Part shown: positions 1-12,600 of the stretch, piece by piece
How the letters are laid out: each line of letters opens with the position of its first letter
Position numbering within the stretch: the stretch's first letter is position 1
NCBI GenBank assembly: GCA_028534125.1
Contig: CM052817.1
Location: 81,842,001 to 81,906,000, forward strand
Reading direction: 5' to 3'
Source of the DNA: Lama glama
Taxonomy: Eukaryota
DNA: 64,000 nucleotides
The notes under the pieces: generated by a model
Databases searched by the model: none
Seen by the model: the letters and a program-made list of their open reading frames with translations, nothing else
Told to the model about the DNA's origin: nothing
Position numbers and translations under genes: made by a program

Positions 1-906
1 TAAAGACAGCCTGGTAAGGAAGTCATAGAGGCTGAGCAATTTCAGACTTAAGAAATCCCTGTTCCAAAATGAAACATTTTGGTAGAAATCAGCGTTCTGG
101 CATAGCTATCTAGGGGGAGTGGCAATGGAGGATGGGGGATAGTTTACATCAGGACGGTATTAACTTTCACATCCTCAGCAGTCTTGGCAGTTTCTTTATA
201 GACAGTGACTAATTTCAATGTGCCGAGCCAAGTTTGGGGAGATTCCTGATTTCATCTGCCTTCACATTTTAGGCACCGTCTTCTGACTTAGGGTAATCCT
301 TTCTCTTCCCTCTTGAACTAAAGTATATAATGTGCTGTGAATGATCAGAGATTAGAAGCTGTTTCTTGAGACAAAACTGTTTTGTTCAGTGCCATGGCAT
401 TGGTACAAGTTGTTCTGTCTGCTGATGGGTAAGAAACTAGCTTTTCCTAGCCTAAGCCAAAAGAATTCCAAGCCTGGCTTTTCCTGGGGTATATTTTTGG
501 CTATTACTGCCTCCGTGTATCATTGATTTGTTTTGTAATTGAAGTACTTCCAATGTTGTAATGATGATCAACTAGAAAAGATATAGCCAGACTCTGAAAA
601 GCTCTTGCCTGCTGTTCCTGAAGCTCTCCCTCTCCTCTCCCTTCAAAGACATTCTGGTGCCAGTCAGCCAAAAACACAAAATATCAAATGTGGTTTGTGA
701 TACTTGGTAGTAACCCAGACACAACATGCTAGTGAAATTGAGGCTCATGTGTTTCTTTTCTTGCTTTCTTTTCTTTCTTAGAGAGGTGAGGGGTTTTCTT
801 CATTTAAAACATTCATTTATTATTATTATCTTTTTGACTCCCCTGTAATAGTTCTTTCATAATAGCTATCTATATCTGTTCTATGGATGAACTAGTATAT
901 TCATGG

Positions 907-972
907 CCTAGAGGATATTAGAGATATAATTATAGATATAATTCTTGATAATTCTTAGAGATGTAATTCTAA
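907..972. repeat. Short degenerate tandem repeat of (tagagatataattct)-like units
   Basis: tagaggatatta gagatataattata gatataattctt gataattctta gagatgtaattcta. Confidence 0.55.
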
Positions 973-2464
973 GTGGAGTTCAGTATTATCATATTCACAT
1001 AGCCCTGAAGAAACTTCTACCCACATGTCCTCTTTTACCTAATTAGTTTTTTAAAGACCTTAACCTAAGTCTTACATGTTGAACTATGTGGATTAACGCA
1101 GGGCCATGATTTACATGTAATTTGATTTCAGTTTGGGCTTATTCCTCCCCTAAACCCATACCCTCGCTCTACCTTCCTTCTCTGGAATTATTTCTTAGAT
1201 GAAGAGATTCAATGAGTTTAAAAACTGAAATATTAACGATAGGCAATTTATCATTCCAGACTTTCGCTAAATTTATTAAACTGTAAAACAAATTATGTTA
1301 TTGGTTGTTTGATTCAATGTATTACATTTATTAGAATTATATGGAGAATGAGAGTAAATGTCCATTGTTATCATGGGGAGATTTATTTAGTCTTATTAAT
1401 TGCCCATTAGATATGCAAAGATTGGCTTAGCTTAAATTTTTAAATTTAAGATTTAAATTGCAGAGACAACAATAGGCATGAAGATTAAAAATAATAATTG
1501 TAAATCATTCTGTAAGTAATAGGGGATTATGGGTCTTACTTTTTTAACCTCAAATAATACCAGTATGAGAAGTTCTTCATATTTACTGTACTCTATTTAT
1601 TTAAAAATCTGGAGAGGATTCATCATAATGATTTTTTTTGTGAAAAAAATTGTTTGTCAGGGTTTCTTCTGTGAACTAAAGTGCTGAAATTGTAAACCAA
1701 GTTGGAGTTCCCAAGCTCCAACCACTCCTAAAATTAAAAGCAAATGTGTTTCTCCAAAGAATATTGAAAGCAGTAGTTGGGAGCTAGAATTTCATATTAT
1801 TATTGGTTGCATCTTTCAAGTACATACAATAAAGTTCTTTTTTTTTTCCTTCTGCTCAAACATTAATTTACCATGATTCTGCAAGAAGCAGTTGTAGGTT
1901 ACCTCTGGTTATCAGAGGTGATTTTTCAATTGTTTGTTTCCATATGCAATCTTTGCTCCAATGCATTATTTCACAATTTATTCATGCACACTGTTAGGAG
2001 TCTTGGTTGCTTACTCAGGTTTCTGGCTAGAGTCATGGCTGATCACATTCCATGGGCAAGCAAAGGGTCCGTGGGTAAAAGAGAAATGATTTAATCTGCA
2101 TTCTTTTTGGAGCTCTGACCCTTGTGGAGGGGGTCGCTGAAAACTGTGGCTCTAATACTGCTCACTCCAGAGATCTGCCTGGTTGAATACCTTCACTATC
2201 CCTACCTCTCATACCTAAAACTTTGGCACGAATGAGTATCTTTGAAGGATGGCTTTTGGATTGCAGACACAAGGCTTGTTACCTTTTTATTTTGTATCTT
2301 TGTATTCTCAGAAGAGTCTTGATTATGTTAGAATAGCTATTGTACATTTTGTACCACTTATAAGTTCAACAAAATTAATAGAGATGTAGTACATCAATAA
2401 GCATTTTTCTTTTAATAAGTGTTTTACAGGAACGTGCAACTTAGGGACTGGGTTGAACTTCTGA

Positions 2465-2580
2465 AGGTGAGAGGCTTTGTCTCATTGATCTTTATTATCT
2501 CCTTGATAATAATCTCTGAGAGCCTAGTATGTTACCTGATGTACACTAGATGCTCAGTACATGTTTCCTGAATGAGATGG
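2465..2580 (+). mobile_element. L2 LINE 3' end fragment
   Basis: gagcctagtatgttacctgatgtacactagatgctcagtacatgtttcctgaatg resembles the L2 3' terminus. Confidence 0.6.
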
Positions 2581-2839
2581 TAGAAGAGCCAACACTGGCA
2601 TGTGTGTTCTCATGCCTCAGAAATAAGCAAGAGAGAGAAGCAAGGGGAATGGAGGAAGCTGGTAAATTCGATCTTGATCGTTAATTGAACTAAGGACATA
2701 AAGATACACCAGTTCTCTCTGTTCTACAAATGAACTGAGAATTGTCAGAAAACTCAAAGAGGGAAGAGGAATTTAGGTGGGTGGTCTCATGTGGAACTTG
2801 AGGTTTAAATGGAAGGAAATACTGTATATGCTTCTAGGT

Positions 2840-4166
2840 TGCAGTTGTCAAGTTTGTTGGTCTCAGGACCCTGAAGAGCTTTTGCTTAGGTGTGTCTTAT
2901 CTATTGATATTTTTTATTTAAAACATAAAGACTGAGAGAATTTTAAAATATTTATTAATTTATTTAAAAATTACATTAACCATGTAACATATTTTTTTAA
3001 TTTTATTAAAAGGACTTTATTTTGTCCAATTTAAAAAAATAATGAAAAGAGAGACATTATTTTACTTCTTAAATCCCTTTAATATCTGGCTTAAAAGAAG
3101 ACAGCTGGATTCTCAAATCTTCTCATTCCGTCTATTGCAATGTTTTGGTTAAAGTTTATGAAAATAACCCCTCCTCATTCAGACAGATGGTACTGGATAA
3201 GGGAGAGATACTTGGATATCCTTTTCAGATAATTGTCGATTTTTTTTGGATACCACACCAGAATTTCACAAGTGGCAGTTTCTTAAAACTTATTGCAGTG
3301 ATGAATCTGAAACCCCACCAGTGAACTTCTCATACTTTGTTACGTGAAAATATTGCTGTATCTTGCATTCTGAGTGGAACATTTCTCTATACATGACTTA
3401 GAAATACCAGGCATTGATCCTTTGGAAAATATTGGTATAACTGATAAGGATCTTTTCAAAAGAGTCTTTAAGTATATTGACTCTCAACCTCGCAGTAATG
3501 GTTTGGAGTGTTCCAAAATTTGAATTGTCCCTTGAAAGCTCAACTTTTATCATTAATAACATATAGTGTTCATTGTTTTCCTGACATAGCAGCCTCCTTT
3601 TGTTCGTTTTCAAACAAACAAAAATGTCTGCTGCATACTCAAATCTAAGAAAAAATAGTTTCTCTTTCAAGTGAAAATTGTATTCCACAAATAAAGCAGC
3701 TAGTTCAGCTTATAACTCAAGCAATCACACACATGCTTTCCTTTGAGACAATACTGCACGTAAGTACAGATTGATGGTTCTTTGTGCACATTTCAACCAT
3801 TTGTCACACAGAATATTGAAAAGACATTGAGATTTAGGGTCTAGATTTAATAAAATTAATAATCTTACTATTTCTTCAAGGAAAGTTCTTCTGTTTTTAG
3901 ATGAAACTGGCATTTTATTTTTACTGGGACTGTCCAGCAGTGAAGAATACAATGACTGCTGGAATGCTTTGGCGCTCTGCTTTGCTTTGTGCTAAGGCAC
4001 CAGCAGTTCGACCTGCCAGTGCTTTTTGCACCTCTACTGTAATTGTCAACACAGTGAAAAGGGAAACTATGTTTTGTATTATCATGAAGACAGTTTGATT
4101 TCCTAAGCATCTTTAGTGGGTCTCTGGTGTGCCTAGGGCCCCATATTCCACGACGAAGAACCACAG
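2840..4166 (-). mobile_element. hAT-Charlie DNA transposon fossil (Charlie1a-like) with decayed transposase remnants
   Basis: Termini resemble Charlie1 ends (gcagttgtcaagtttgttggtctcaggaccc ... gaagaaccacag). Degenerate 8-bp TSD ttctaggt (2832-2839) / gtctgggt (4167-4174). Minus-strand ORF fragments 3725-3952 (KMPVS..LFNILCD) and 3398-3688 (FHLKE..LRFEYAADIF) resemble Charlie/Buster transposase. Confidence 0.88.
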
Positions 4167-4594
4167 GTCTGGGTACTGAGATTTTTGCAATTCATTTTTT
4201 TAAAAAGCCACTAGAAATATTCTATTAAAAGTGTGTTTACAATATTAGGTGAACAAATTATGATTCATTAAAAATTAGAAATGAGATTTAGCAATTGATA
4301 ATAAATTATTTTCACAATGAAATGATCAAAATTTCCAGGAGGAACAATGGAGACATTTGTAATATCAATAGTAAATACCACGTTTAGAAATGATTTTAGA
4401 ATCAGAGTTAGTGCACCTTCAATTACATGTCTGTGTATCTTGCGTATCATACCCCACAGGCAAAATATAAGTAAAGAAAATTGAATATATAATAATAATT
4501 AAAATCATTATTATTATTACAGTAAAATTTATTGTTTCGCTATGTTGACTCATTGAGATAAGTGCTAATTGCTTCTTTCGGGATTTTACCATTT

Positions 4595-4690
4595 GAGCCA
4601 CCCAGCAGCGTTAGTCATATCATTCCCACTTCATGGTTGTGGAAACAGTCTCAGAAAAGTTAAGTGATTTGCTGAAGTTGAGATAGAAAG
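4595..4690 (-). mobile_element. MIR SINE fragment
   Basis: cattcccacttcatggttgtggaaacagtctcagaaaagttaagtgatttgctgaag matches the MIR core in reverse. Confidence 0.65.
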
Positions 4691-6537
4691 GAAAATCACA
4701 CCTAGATTGGTTAGGCCATCATTTGTATTCTGGCTGCTATCCTGTAAAGCTAGGGCAATCTACGGCCGTTGTTAAGAGAGGGGCTCTTTACTCGGTAGAT
4801 ACAAGTACTATGTGTGCTTTTGATAACCTTGTTTTCACACTCTTTTTGGTGTTAAAAAGTCTTCGAAAAGTAGTATGATGCATTGTCTGAACTAGGAGAG
4901 ACATGATTTTTGCCACCTTGGTCAAGGCCGTCCACCGATGCTCTGCACTCCTACAGGTCAGTTTCTGGCAGCAACAACGCTCCCAAATTGAGGGTATGTG
5001 GAGGTGTTCGTGGCGCAGGGAGGGGAGGGGTAGGAATACAGGAGAGGGGAACTGGGACAAAAGGAGGGCACAGGTGTGTGTCTTGACTCTCCTAATCCAC
5101 AGCCCTCTACAGTTTGGAAGCAGTCGCTGTAATTTATGAAGGTGGAGAATCCAATTTTGGATATTCAGTTGGTAAATCCTACTCTCCTAAGGAATAATGA
5201 TGAATGTGGCTGAACAGAGTGTGAAAATTGTATTAAAAGGAGGAAAACATTTTCTTACTTCGTTGGTTTTTGATCTCCACAGTGGTTTTTTGTTGTTGGT
5301 GATGTTGGTGGTGTTGTTTTGGTTTTTTTTTTAGCAACATACGATTTATTTTCTGATTTTATTTTTGCCCTTTTGGTATGCCTTTAAATTTATTAAACAA
5401 AATACTGTGACTTAAAGGGCTCTGTCCGTTTTCAAGACATGTACAAATGTGTTTCACAGGCAGGAATATTGATGGACAGTAAAGCTCATGCTGCATATTT
5501 CGTGCATGACTTTGGGATGCTCGATGTGGTCTCTCTGTTTTGGTGGTAGACTTCCATAGATATCATTTATCTTCTGACACATTTATTTTTTTTTTTGACT
5601 TTATTAAAACCTGAATCCTATTAATCCTTTATTGTTCTGTTAAATTTTGAGGCAACTACTCCAGGAGTACTTTTGAAAGAATATTTATGTACTTCACGTC
5701 TTGTGGAATCAATTTTTCATTGCATTGTCTGCAGCTTGCGCTTGGTCATCATTACCGTGAAAAATGCCTCATTAGCTGTGAGGGACTGTTGAGTTAGTGA
5801 CGATAGAGGATTCCACGGGCCCTGAGGTGTGTCCTCTCTTCCAAGAATAAATAAATCTAAGGTTCAGCTCTTTATAATAGCTGTAAAAATAGGCTGTATT
5901 CAGAATTAGGAGGTTGGAAGTGGAAATAGGAGAAGAATAAACTGGCAAATGACATGGGCCAAGATGAATTAAAGAGTTTTTTAGAGTGTCCTAGATATGG
6001 AATATGGTAATTATTTTCCAGTGCTTTCAGGGTCTAAGTAGTCTGTAACAACAGTGGCCAATTTGAGTAGTACAATGAATAAGGAGGAGAAAGTATGAAG
6101 AATGCAGAGAAGTGAAAAACTTTTTAAAATTCTACTAGACAAGTATTTTTTCATAAAATATATACATGTAACATATCTGTATGTATAATATCATATATAA
6201 ACATGTATGCAACCTTTGTACAAAGGTTGCTGGATTTTCCCTGGTGCTAATCTCCTGAGCCAAAATGGGACAATAAAGCCATGAAGATAAAACATAATCT
6301 AACTGGGAGTTAATTTAAATGTGATGATCAAGAATTGACTGTAAGGATACAGTTTCCAGACATGTATCCATATGAAACAATCAGGGGGTAAAAACCAAGT
6401 TTTAAGGTACTGAGGAAATGTTGAGAGACATTTGTAAACTCTGCTTGACAGCTGGCAATTGGAAATGAATGGCACTGCTGTGGATTATTTGTTTCAGACT
6501 ATTGACACTTTTCTGAAATGTTTTATCATGTATAGAG

Positions 6538-6750
6538 TCTAACATTTATAAAGTGCTTACATTATGTCAAACGCTGGTGAGCACCAGGCATTGTCTTGCC
6601 TTCATAGTAATCCTGGAGATATGCGCGACATCTCTCCATTTGATAAATGAGAATATGGAGGCTAATGGGTTAAGTTTATGGAGCTGGTTTACAGTGGAAG
6701 CAGATTTGAACCCAGTAGTCTGACTCCAGAGTCAATACAACACTGACTAA
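6538..6750 (-). mobile_element. MIR SINE
   Basis: aacatttataaagtgcttac...ctccatttgataaatgagaatatggaggct...gatttgaacccagtagtctgactccagag. Confidence 0.75.
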
Positions 6751-7059
6751 CCACACACGTTCTAAGAATGGTTGATGCTTGTCAGTACTTTCATAGGCAG
6801 ACGAGTTTTACTATGTAAAGAATTGTTCTCATATTTCGGTATTTCTTCATTCTGGTGACTGAAGAAATACAGGGTAAGTGGAATTTAGTCAATGACCCAG
6901 TAGTAGGATTACTTTGGTCCCTGTTCATCTTTATTTAGGTTAGACTTGAATAAATGAACCTATAATCTGTCACTTTTTCATTTTGTTTTCTTCAGTTTGC
7001 AGTGACAATATATTTTCATTCTTCCAGTTCCTGCCTCACTTACTTTCCTCCCTGCCTTC

Positions 7060-7950
7060 TTTCCTCTCATTATCTCTTAAATCCACCCCTATCAGGCTTG
7101 GCTTCTGCCTCTAGTGAAATTACTCTCCGCAAGGCCACCATGATTGCCACATTCTTACATCCACTGGGCAGTTCTCAGTGCCCATTGAATACGTACTTCT
7201 AAGTCATCAGACTCTGAGGGTTTTTTATTCTGTTTCTTGGACCAATTCCTTCTCAGCCTCCTTCACCAGCTTTTCTCCATGCCCTCAAATTTTAAAGGTT
7301 GGAATATCCCTGAAATCAGTTCTTAAAAAAAAAAAAACTCTTCCTTTTTAATGTACACTTATTCCCTTGAAGATCTCAGTTAATCTCACGATTTTAAATA
7401 ACATTTATGCGGATGACTCCAAAATTTTGTCTCCACCCTCTATATCTGTCCTGAATTCCATATTCAGATAACCAACCACTTCCTCATTATGTTTGATTAA
7501 TTTCTTAATAATTTTAAATTAACCTTTCCAAATCTGATGACAATCCCAAATCTTCTAACTGTTTAGGTCAAAAAACTTGGAGTTACTCTTCGACCTCTCA
7601 TTTTCACACCCTGTGTGCAATCTGCCAGTTAATCTTGGCTTGCTCTTAAAAATATATCCAGAAACTGATCTTTTCTCATCACTTCCACTATTAATACCTT
7701 GGTCTAAGACACCATCCTCCTTCCCTTGGATTACTGAAGATATCTTCATACTGATCTCCACCATTCTTTTCTACTCTTCTCCTTCCTTGCTTATCTGCTT
7801 TATTCCTACTGGCTTCTTGCTGTTCCCAGGACTTGCTAGGCACACACCCCCTCAAAGTTCTTCCTCCCGACATCTATTTGGATAATTTCCTCCCATGCTT
7901 CAAGTATTTGCTCATATCTCACATTCTAAGAGAGAATTAACCCTCCTTTA
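7060..7950 (+). mobile_element. L2 LINE fragment (ORF2 3' region)
   Basis: Pyrimidine-rich L2 hallmarks: gaaattactctccgcaaggccacc, gatgactccaaaatt, aaaaacttggagttactcttcgac, tcttaaaaatatatccagaa. Confidence 0.8.
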
Positions 7951-8034
7951 CTGACTTATTACTTATTACCCATGCTCCCATCCTGCCTGACCTCTACTTC
8001 CCTGCTGTAGGGTTTCATATGCACCCCTCCTTAG

Positions 8035-8415
8035 AGTTGATCAGCCTCCTTCACCAGCTTCTTCTCAAGTCCCAAAATGCTAAATGCTGGAGTGCCCTGG
8101 AACCAGTTCTTGAAATTCTTCCCTTACTGATCTACTCCAATCCGCAGAAGTGAGGAGCCCAACTAATCCCATTACTTTAAGTGCTGTGTATATGCTCTAT
8201 AGGTACAAGTGTGTGTGTGATAAAATTGGCCAATCGATAGTTTTGATTATGTTTTATCTGTCTTCCTCCTGCAGGAATGAAGTTCCACCGGGGCAGGTAT
8301 ATTCACCTACTATGTTCACTGAGGTACCTCAAGAGCCTAGAACATTACTTGGAACATAGTAGGCACAAAGTCTGTTTTTGCTGAATGAATGAGTGAACTA
8401 ATGAGTAGATGAACT
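8035..8415 (+). mobile_element. L2 LINE fragments including 3' terminus
   Basis: cctcaagagcctagaacattacttggaacatagtaggcac...tgctgaatgaatgagtgaa is a typical L2 tail. Confidence 0.75.
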
Positions 8416-8449
8416 GACTTCCTCACTTCTGTCCTTGATCTCTTCTATC

Positions 8450-9000
8450 TAGTCTAGCAGCTGGAGTGATGATTTAAAATGTAGGTCAGATCCTTTCACT
8501 CACTTGCTCAAAACCCAGGGCTTTCCATTTCACTCACAAAGAAGCCAGATCCTTATAGTGAGTCCTGAGGTCCTATGTGACCTGCTCTTGTCAGTTATCC
8601 CCTGGCTTCTCTCCCTCCTGGCGCTCCCTGGCAGAGATCGCTCAGCATCCACAGCGTGGGCTCCAGGCTCCTGCCTCCCCGACTCGTGCTGGTCGTGCTC
8701 TCTGCCTGGACGCCAGCTTTGCGCTCCCCTCACCCCTTTTCTAAGAGTCACCTGGCAGAGTTCTTCTTCCCTCAGCCTTCGTTTTCCTCTTTCCTTCTTT
8801 CTGTTTCTTCTTAGTCCTTATCATCACCAACATAACACATATGTTACTTCTTTCTTTTGTTTACGGTATGTCTTCCCTCTAACATATACATTCCCCCAGG
8901 GGAAAGGTTTTCGTCTGTTTACTATTGCTGTATTCCCAGCACCTTCCACAGGGCTGGCTCAATGCAGACGCTCAGTAAATCTTAGCTAAACTAAGGAATT
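8450..9000 (+). mobile_element. L2 LINE 3' fragment
   Basis: tttaaaatgtaggtcagatcctttcactcacttgctcaaaacc...ttgctgtattcccagcacc...ggctcaatgcagacgctcagtaaat. Confidence 0.75.
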
Positions 9001-9939
9001 ACTGTTGAACTTGCTGCAAATACGCTGCTGAAGCGCCAGGAGCTCAGGCAGTGATGCGTGCTGAAGGAAAGGAGTCATTTTTCATGTCTCAAGCCAAGCC
9101 ATGGAGCTTCTTCTGAAATTAGTGAAGCTAGCTAATTGGCCAGGGCTGATTTTCCTGGATAAAATGACAGTGGCTGCATGACTTGACTGGCTAAGAGCCT
9201 GTAACTCAATCTCCAGAAATCTGCATTGTCTAAAGTACAGTGAGATCACTGATGCTTATTTTATAGACATTTGGGTAAAGTAGAACATTTTAGAATATAT
9301 ATAACAATGTGTGCTACTTCATTACCATGTCCTCTCATTTCCTTAGAACTTACCAAATTTTGCTTGAGAGACCACATCTTAACTTACTGTAAACCATGTT
9401 ACTCTTTAGCAAAATAATGAGGACATAGGAACCTTTTAAAAATCACTACTTTGAATGTTGATGAGTTTAGGTACTGTCATTCTTTTTTCAAATTTACCAT
9501 CCTTGGTCAATATTTAACATCAATGAGATTAGTAAACTTGATTAATAAAATGCAGCAAAGAAAATGATATTTACCATTTCATTCTGACTGAAGTTTAGGA
9601 GAAACTGCAAGCTTTTGATGTGGAAGAAGCTGAATTTAAATGTCCTCACGATTACTCTCTGAATCTCATCCTCATCCGTGGAATAGAAATGATAGTAGCT
9701 TATTTCGTGGCTTCTTGTGAGAGTGAAAAAAAAAAAAAGGTACGCACTGAAGTTTGTAAGTTTCCTTCCCTTTTTCCAAAGTATAGATACACAGAGAACT
9801 ATGAACATTAGGGAAAACCACTTTCTATTTCCAGAGTGTTTTAGAGTGCAATTCTTCTTTTTTCTTAATTTCCCTAACAAATCTGTAAGGAGGTAGATGA
9901 AGTGGGTTTTTTTTTTTTTTGTTCTTTTTGTTTTTTGCT

Positions 9940-10060
9940 TCATTTTAAGGAAATGGCACAGAGAATTTCATGCTTTGCACGTGGTCACAAATGGAGACAA
10001 CATGCAGGTTTTTCTAACTTTGGTCCACAATGCTTGACACTAAACCACACTGCCCAGTCT
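9940..10060 (-). mobile_element. MIR SINE fragment
   Basis: aaggaaatggcacagagaatttcatgctttgcacgtggtcaca...aaccacactgcc. Confidence 0.55.
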
Positions 10061-10639
10061 GTGGTTAAGTTAATGCTATTTACTCATCCATCATTTTATT
10101 ACCATTGACATAACTCAATAATAGTTATAGTCCCTTAAGGGAGTGAACTTCCTGCTCCAGAAACTTTGTTGAGATGCTTAGTTGCTTACAAAACAAGCAA
10201 ATTAAAATAGATTATTCAGTGTTTGTTTCAGTTTGAAGCCTTCTGTCTCATTTAGATGAGGACTGTTCATCTCTCAATTGTCAAATATTAATGACGATGA
10301 AATCATGTGTGTTTATCTGAGAACCTATTTTGAAAACGTTTTTGTCAATTATTTAATGCAATTCTCTTAATTGAAATCAAATTGGCTGATCTCATCAAAT
10401 AAAGGTAAAACTATCTTTTTTTCAAAACGACTTTTTAAAAACAAAACAAAAATTCTGATATCTTCTTAAGTGAGAATTTTCTAATTCATACTTAAAATAT
10501 TTTCCTGAAAAGAAAAATACTATATTGCTTTCTGAAATTGTTCAAAATAAGCAAATACCTAAAGAAGACGTGCTTCCCTCCTGCTGGCATAGTGTACTGT
10601 AGTATGTAACTTTGTTTTTCAGTCAAAATATTTACTCTT

Positions 10640-11130
10640 TATGTTTATATATAATCCACCTCATGCTACAGTGGGTTTGAAGCAGGTTACAAAAGTATAG
10701 ATACAATGAAAGGAGGATAAAATAGTTAAATGACTCTCTAGGAAGTAAAAATAAGCATAGCTAAAAAATAACCCTGTACTATATAAGATTAGCATTCAGA
10801 CATGTATGACTTAGGTGGTCCACTAAGTTTATATGCAGCTTCTAGAGGCCAGATCAGACAGAGAAATGAGATCAGGTTTATACATCATGGTGTCTTGAGA
10901 CTACAGGAGCTCATACAGTGTAAGAGAGTTAACAAAAGAAATACAGATTTTCTAAACCTTAGGGAACTAAGAGGAATTTATCTCAGATGCTCAAAAGAGA
11001 TCTACTTTTAAGTGATGATTTTTTTCAAGGATACTTTTACCAATACAATGACAGAATTTCAACATCTCCTATTGTGATGTCTTTTAGCATGGGCTTATGA
11101 CAAATTGTAAAAGTGCGATTCTAACAAATA
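10640..11130. mobile_element. Ancient LINE fragment, possibly L4/RTE-X
   Basis: tatataatccacctcatgctacagtgggtttgaagcaggttacaa resembles the L4 terminal motif as I recall it; highly diverged. Confidence 0.4.
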
Positions 11131-12474
11131 TTTTATTTATGGGTCAAAAGAGATTCCCCCATTGGTAAAGTGCTCTTATTTGGCTTTGTTTCATGTAGTG
11201 GGTTAATATTTTATAATCACACAAAGAGCATTCCTATTGGGGTTTTCACATTAGCATATCCACAGCACATCACAGGGTTTCAGGAAGATTTTAGCTTAAT
11301 CCATGAGGAGACTTCTATTCTTTTAAAGGTCCATTTAAGGCAATTGCTTAAAATACTTGGCCTAAATCCAGCAATCCGTGTCTTAGATTGTGATCATTTC
11401 TTAGAAACATAATTGAGTTACTGAATTTCACTTGAACTTATTGGATTGCTTTAGTGTACCATTTTCCCTCACCAGTAGCTATATGGCGGTCCTTTAATTG
11501 CTACACAAAGTTGACTCAGTTTTTTTTTTTTTCAGTATGGTACCTTAAATTCACCACTAAAAAGATGAAAATACTAATTCATGTGTATGACTAAATGGAA
11601 CAGAACTGCCTGTGTTGCAACTTCAGCTTAGTATTTTATTACTTTGCATAATAAAATAGGGAAAGTTATTTATTTATCCATTGAGTTGTAATTAATTACA
11701 AGTAAGCAATGAATCTTTAGCATTTCAAGTCTGGAGCCTGGCAGATTTAGTACACACTTGACCCCTGACTTGCTGGAAAATGAAGGAAGTGGGAGTAAAC
11801 ATTTTCTTTATAGGACAAGATGCTTTAGGTTGGGAGGGACTCCATGAGCTTGCCAAAGCTTTGGGTCAAACTGAGCACAGATGGCTATAGCTGATAAAGG
11901 TGTCTATTATTGTATTTTCTTCTTGGCACTTTTCTGCCTGTGTGTTTATACTTAAATGAAGAATTTTTTGTTGCTCAGCAACCAAGAGAATATACATTTA
12001 AAGGATACATTTTTGTTAACTAAAAAAACAAAAAAACTGGTAGTTTTAGATATTGGTTATTGGAGGTTAGGGAGGTGTTGCTTTGAGCAGTATTAACATT
12101 AAGCAAAGGTGATTTTCCAGGAGAAAGTGTTTGTTATTCATGTCTAAAATTAAATACATCACATTATACATTTACTTCTTAGCTTGTCTTTATCTTCTAC
12201 CTCAAGTACTATTTGAAAAAAAATAGCCTAAATTAGTGTATTATTTTAGTGAATTTAACTTCTTATGATGCATAAGGGAAACATTACATTTGCAGAAGTG
12301 AAACTATAATTTAAATTTTATTTTCATGACTTTAATTTTTCCTAAAATCAATTATTGTGAAACCTCCATTAAAGGATTTAATATGTACTTCAATTTCTGA
12401 AGGAGTTCTATGTTATTCTTAATAATGAGTAAACTTGTGCACTGCATGATTAAATGTTTTTTATAAATAAACAT

Positions 12475-12600
12475 ACATTTGGAAGTTAGAATAATTTTGT
12501 TCAAATCCTGGCTTCACCCTTTCATGCTGTGTGACCTTGAAGCAGAAGTTAAACGTCTCTGAGCCACAGTGCCTTCATCTGTTAAATAGAGAGAATTCTA
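12475..12600 (+). mobile_element. MIR SINE
   Basis: gttcaaatcctggcttcacc...gctgtgtgaccttgaagcagaagttaaacgtctctgagcc...catctgttaaatag. Confidence 0.8.

Noticed and set aside
3398..4164. Functional or domesticated transposase gene
   Set aside because: Fragmented across frames with stops and internal deletion; a fossil only.
5017..5056. G-quadruplex (gggaggggagggtagg...gggg...ggg)
   Set aside because: The fourth G-run needs a ~15-nt loop; weak and common motif.
8504..8989. 161-aa ORF, the longest real-sequence ORF in the track
   Set aside because: Lies within a pyrimidine-rich L2 remnant, non-ATG start, L/S/P/F-biased, no recognisable domain.
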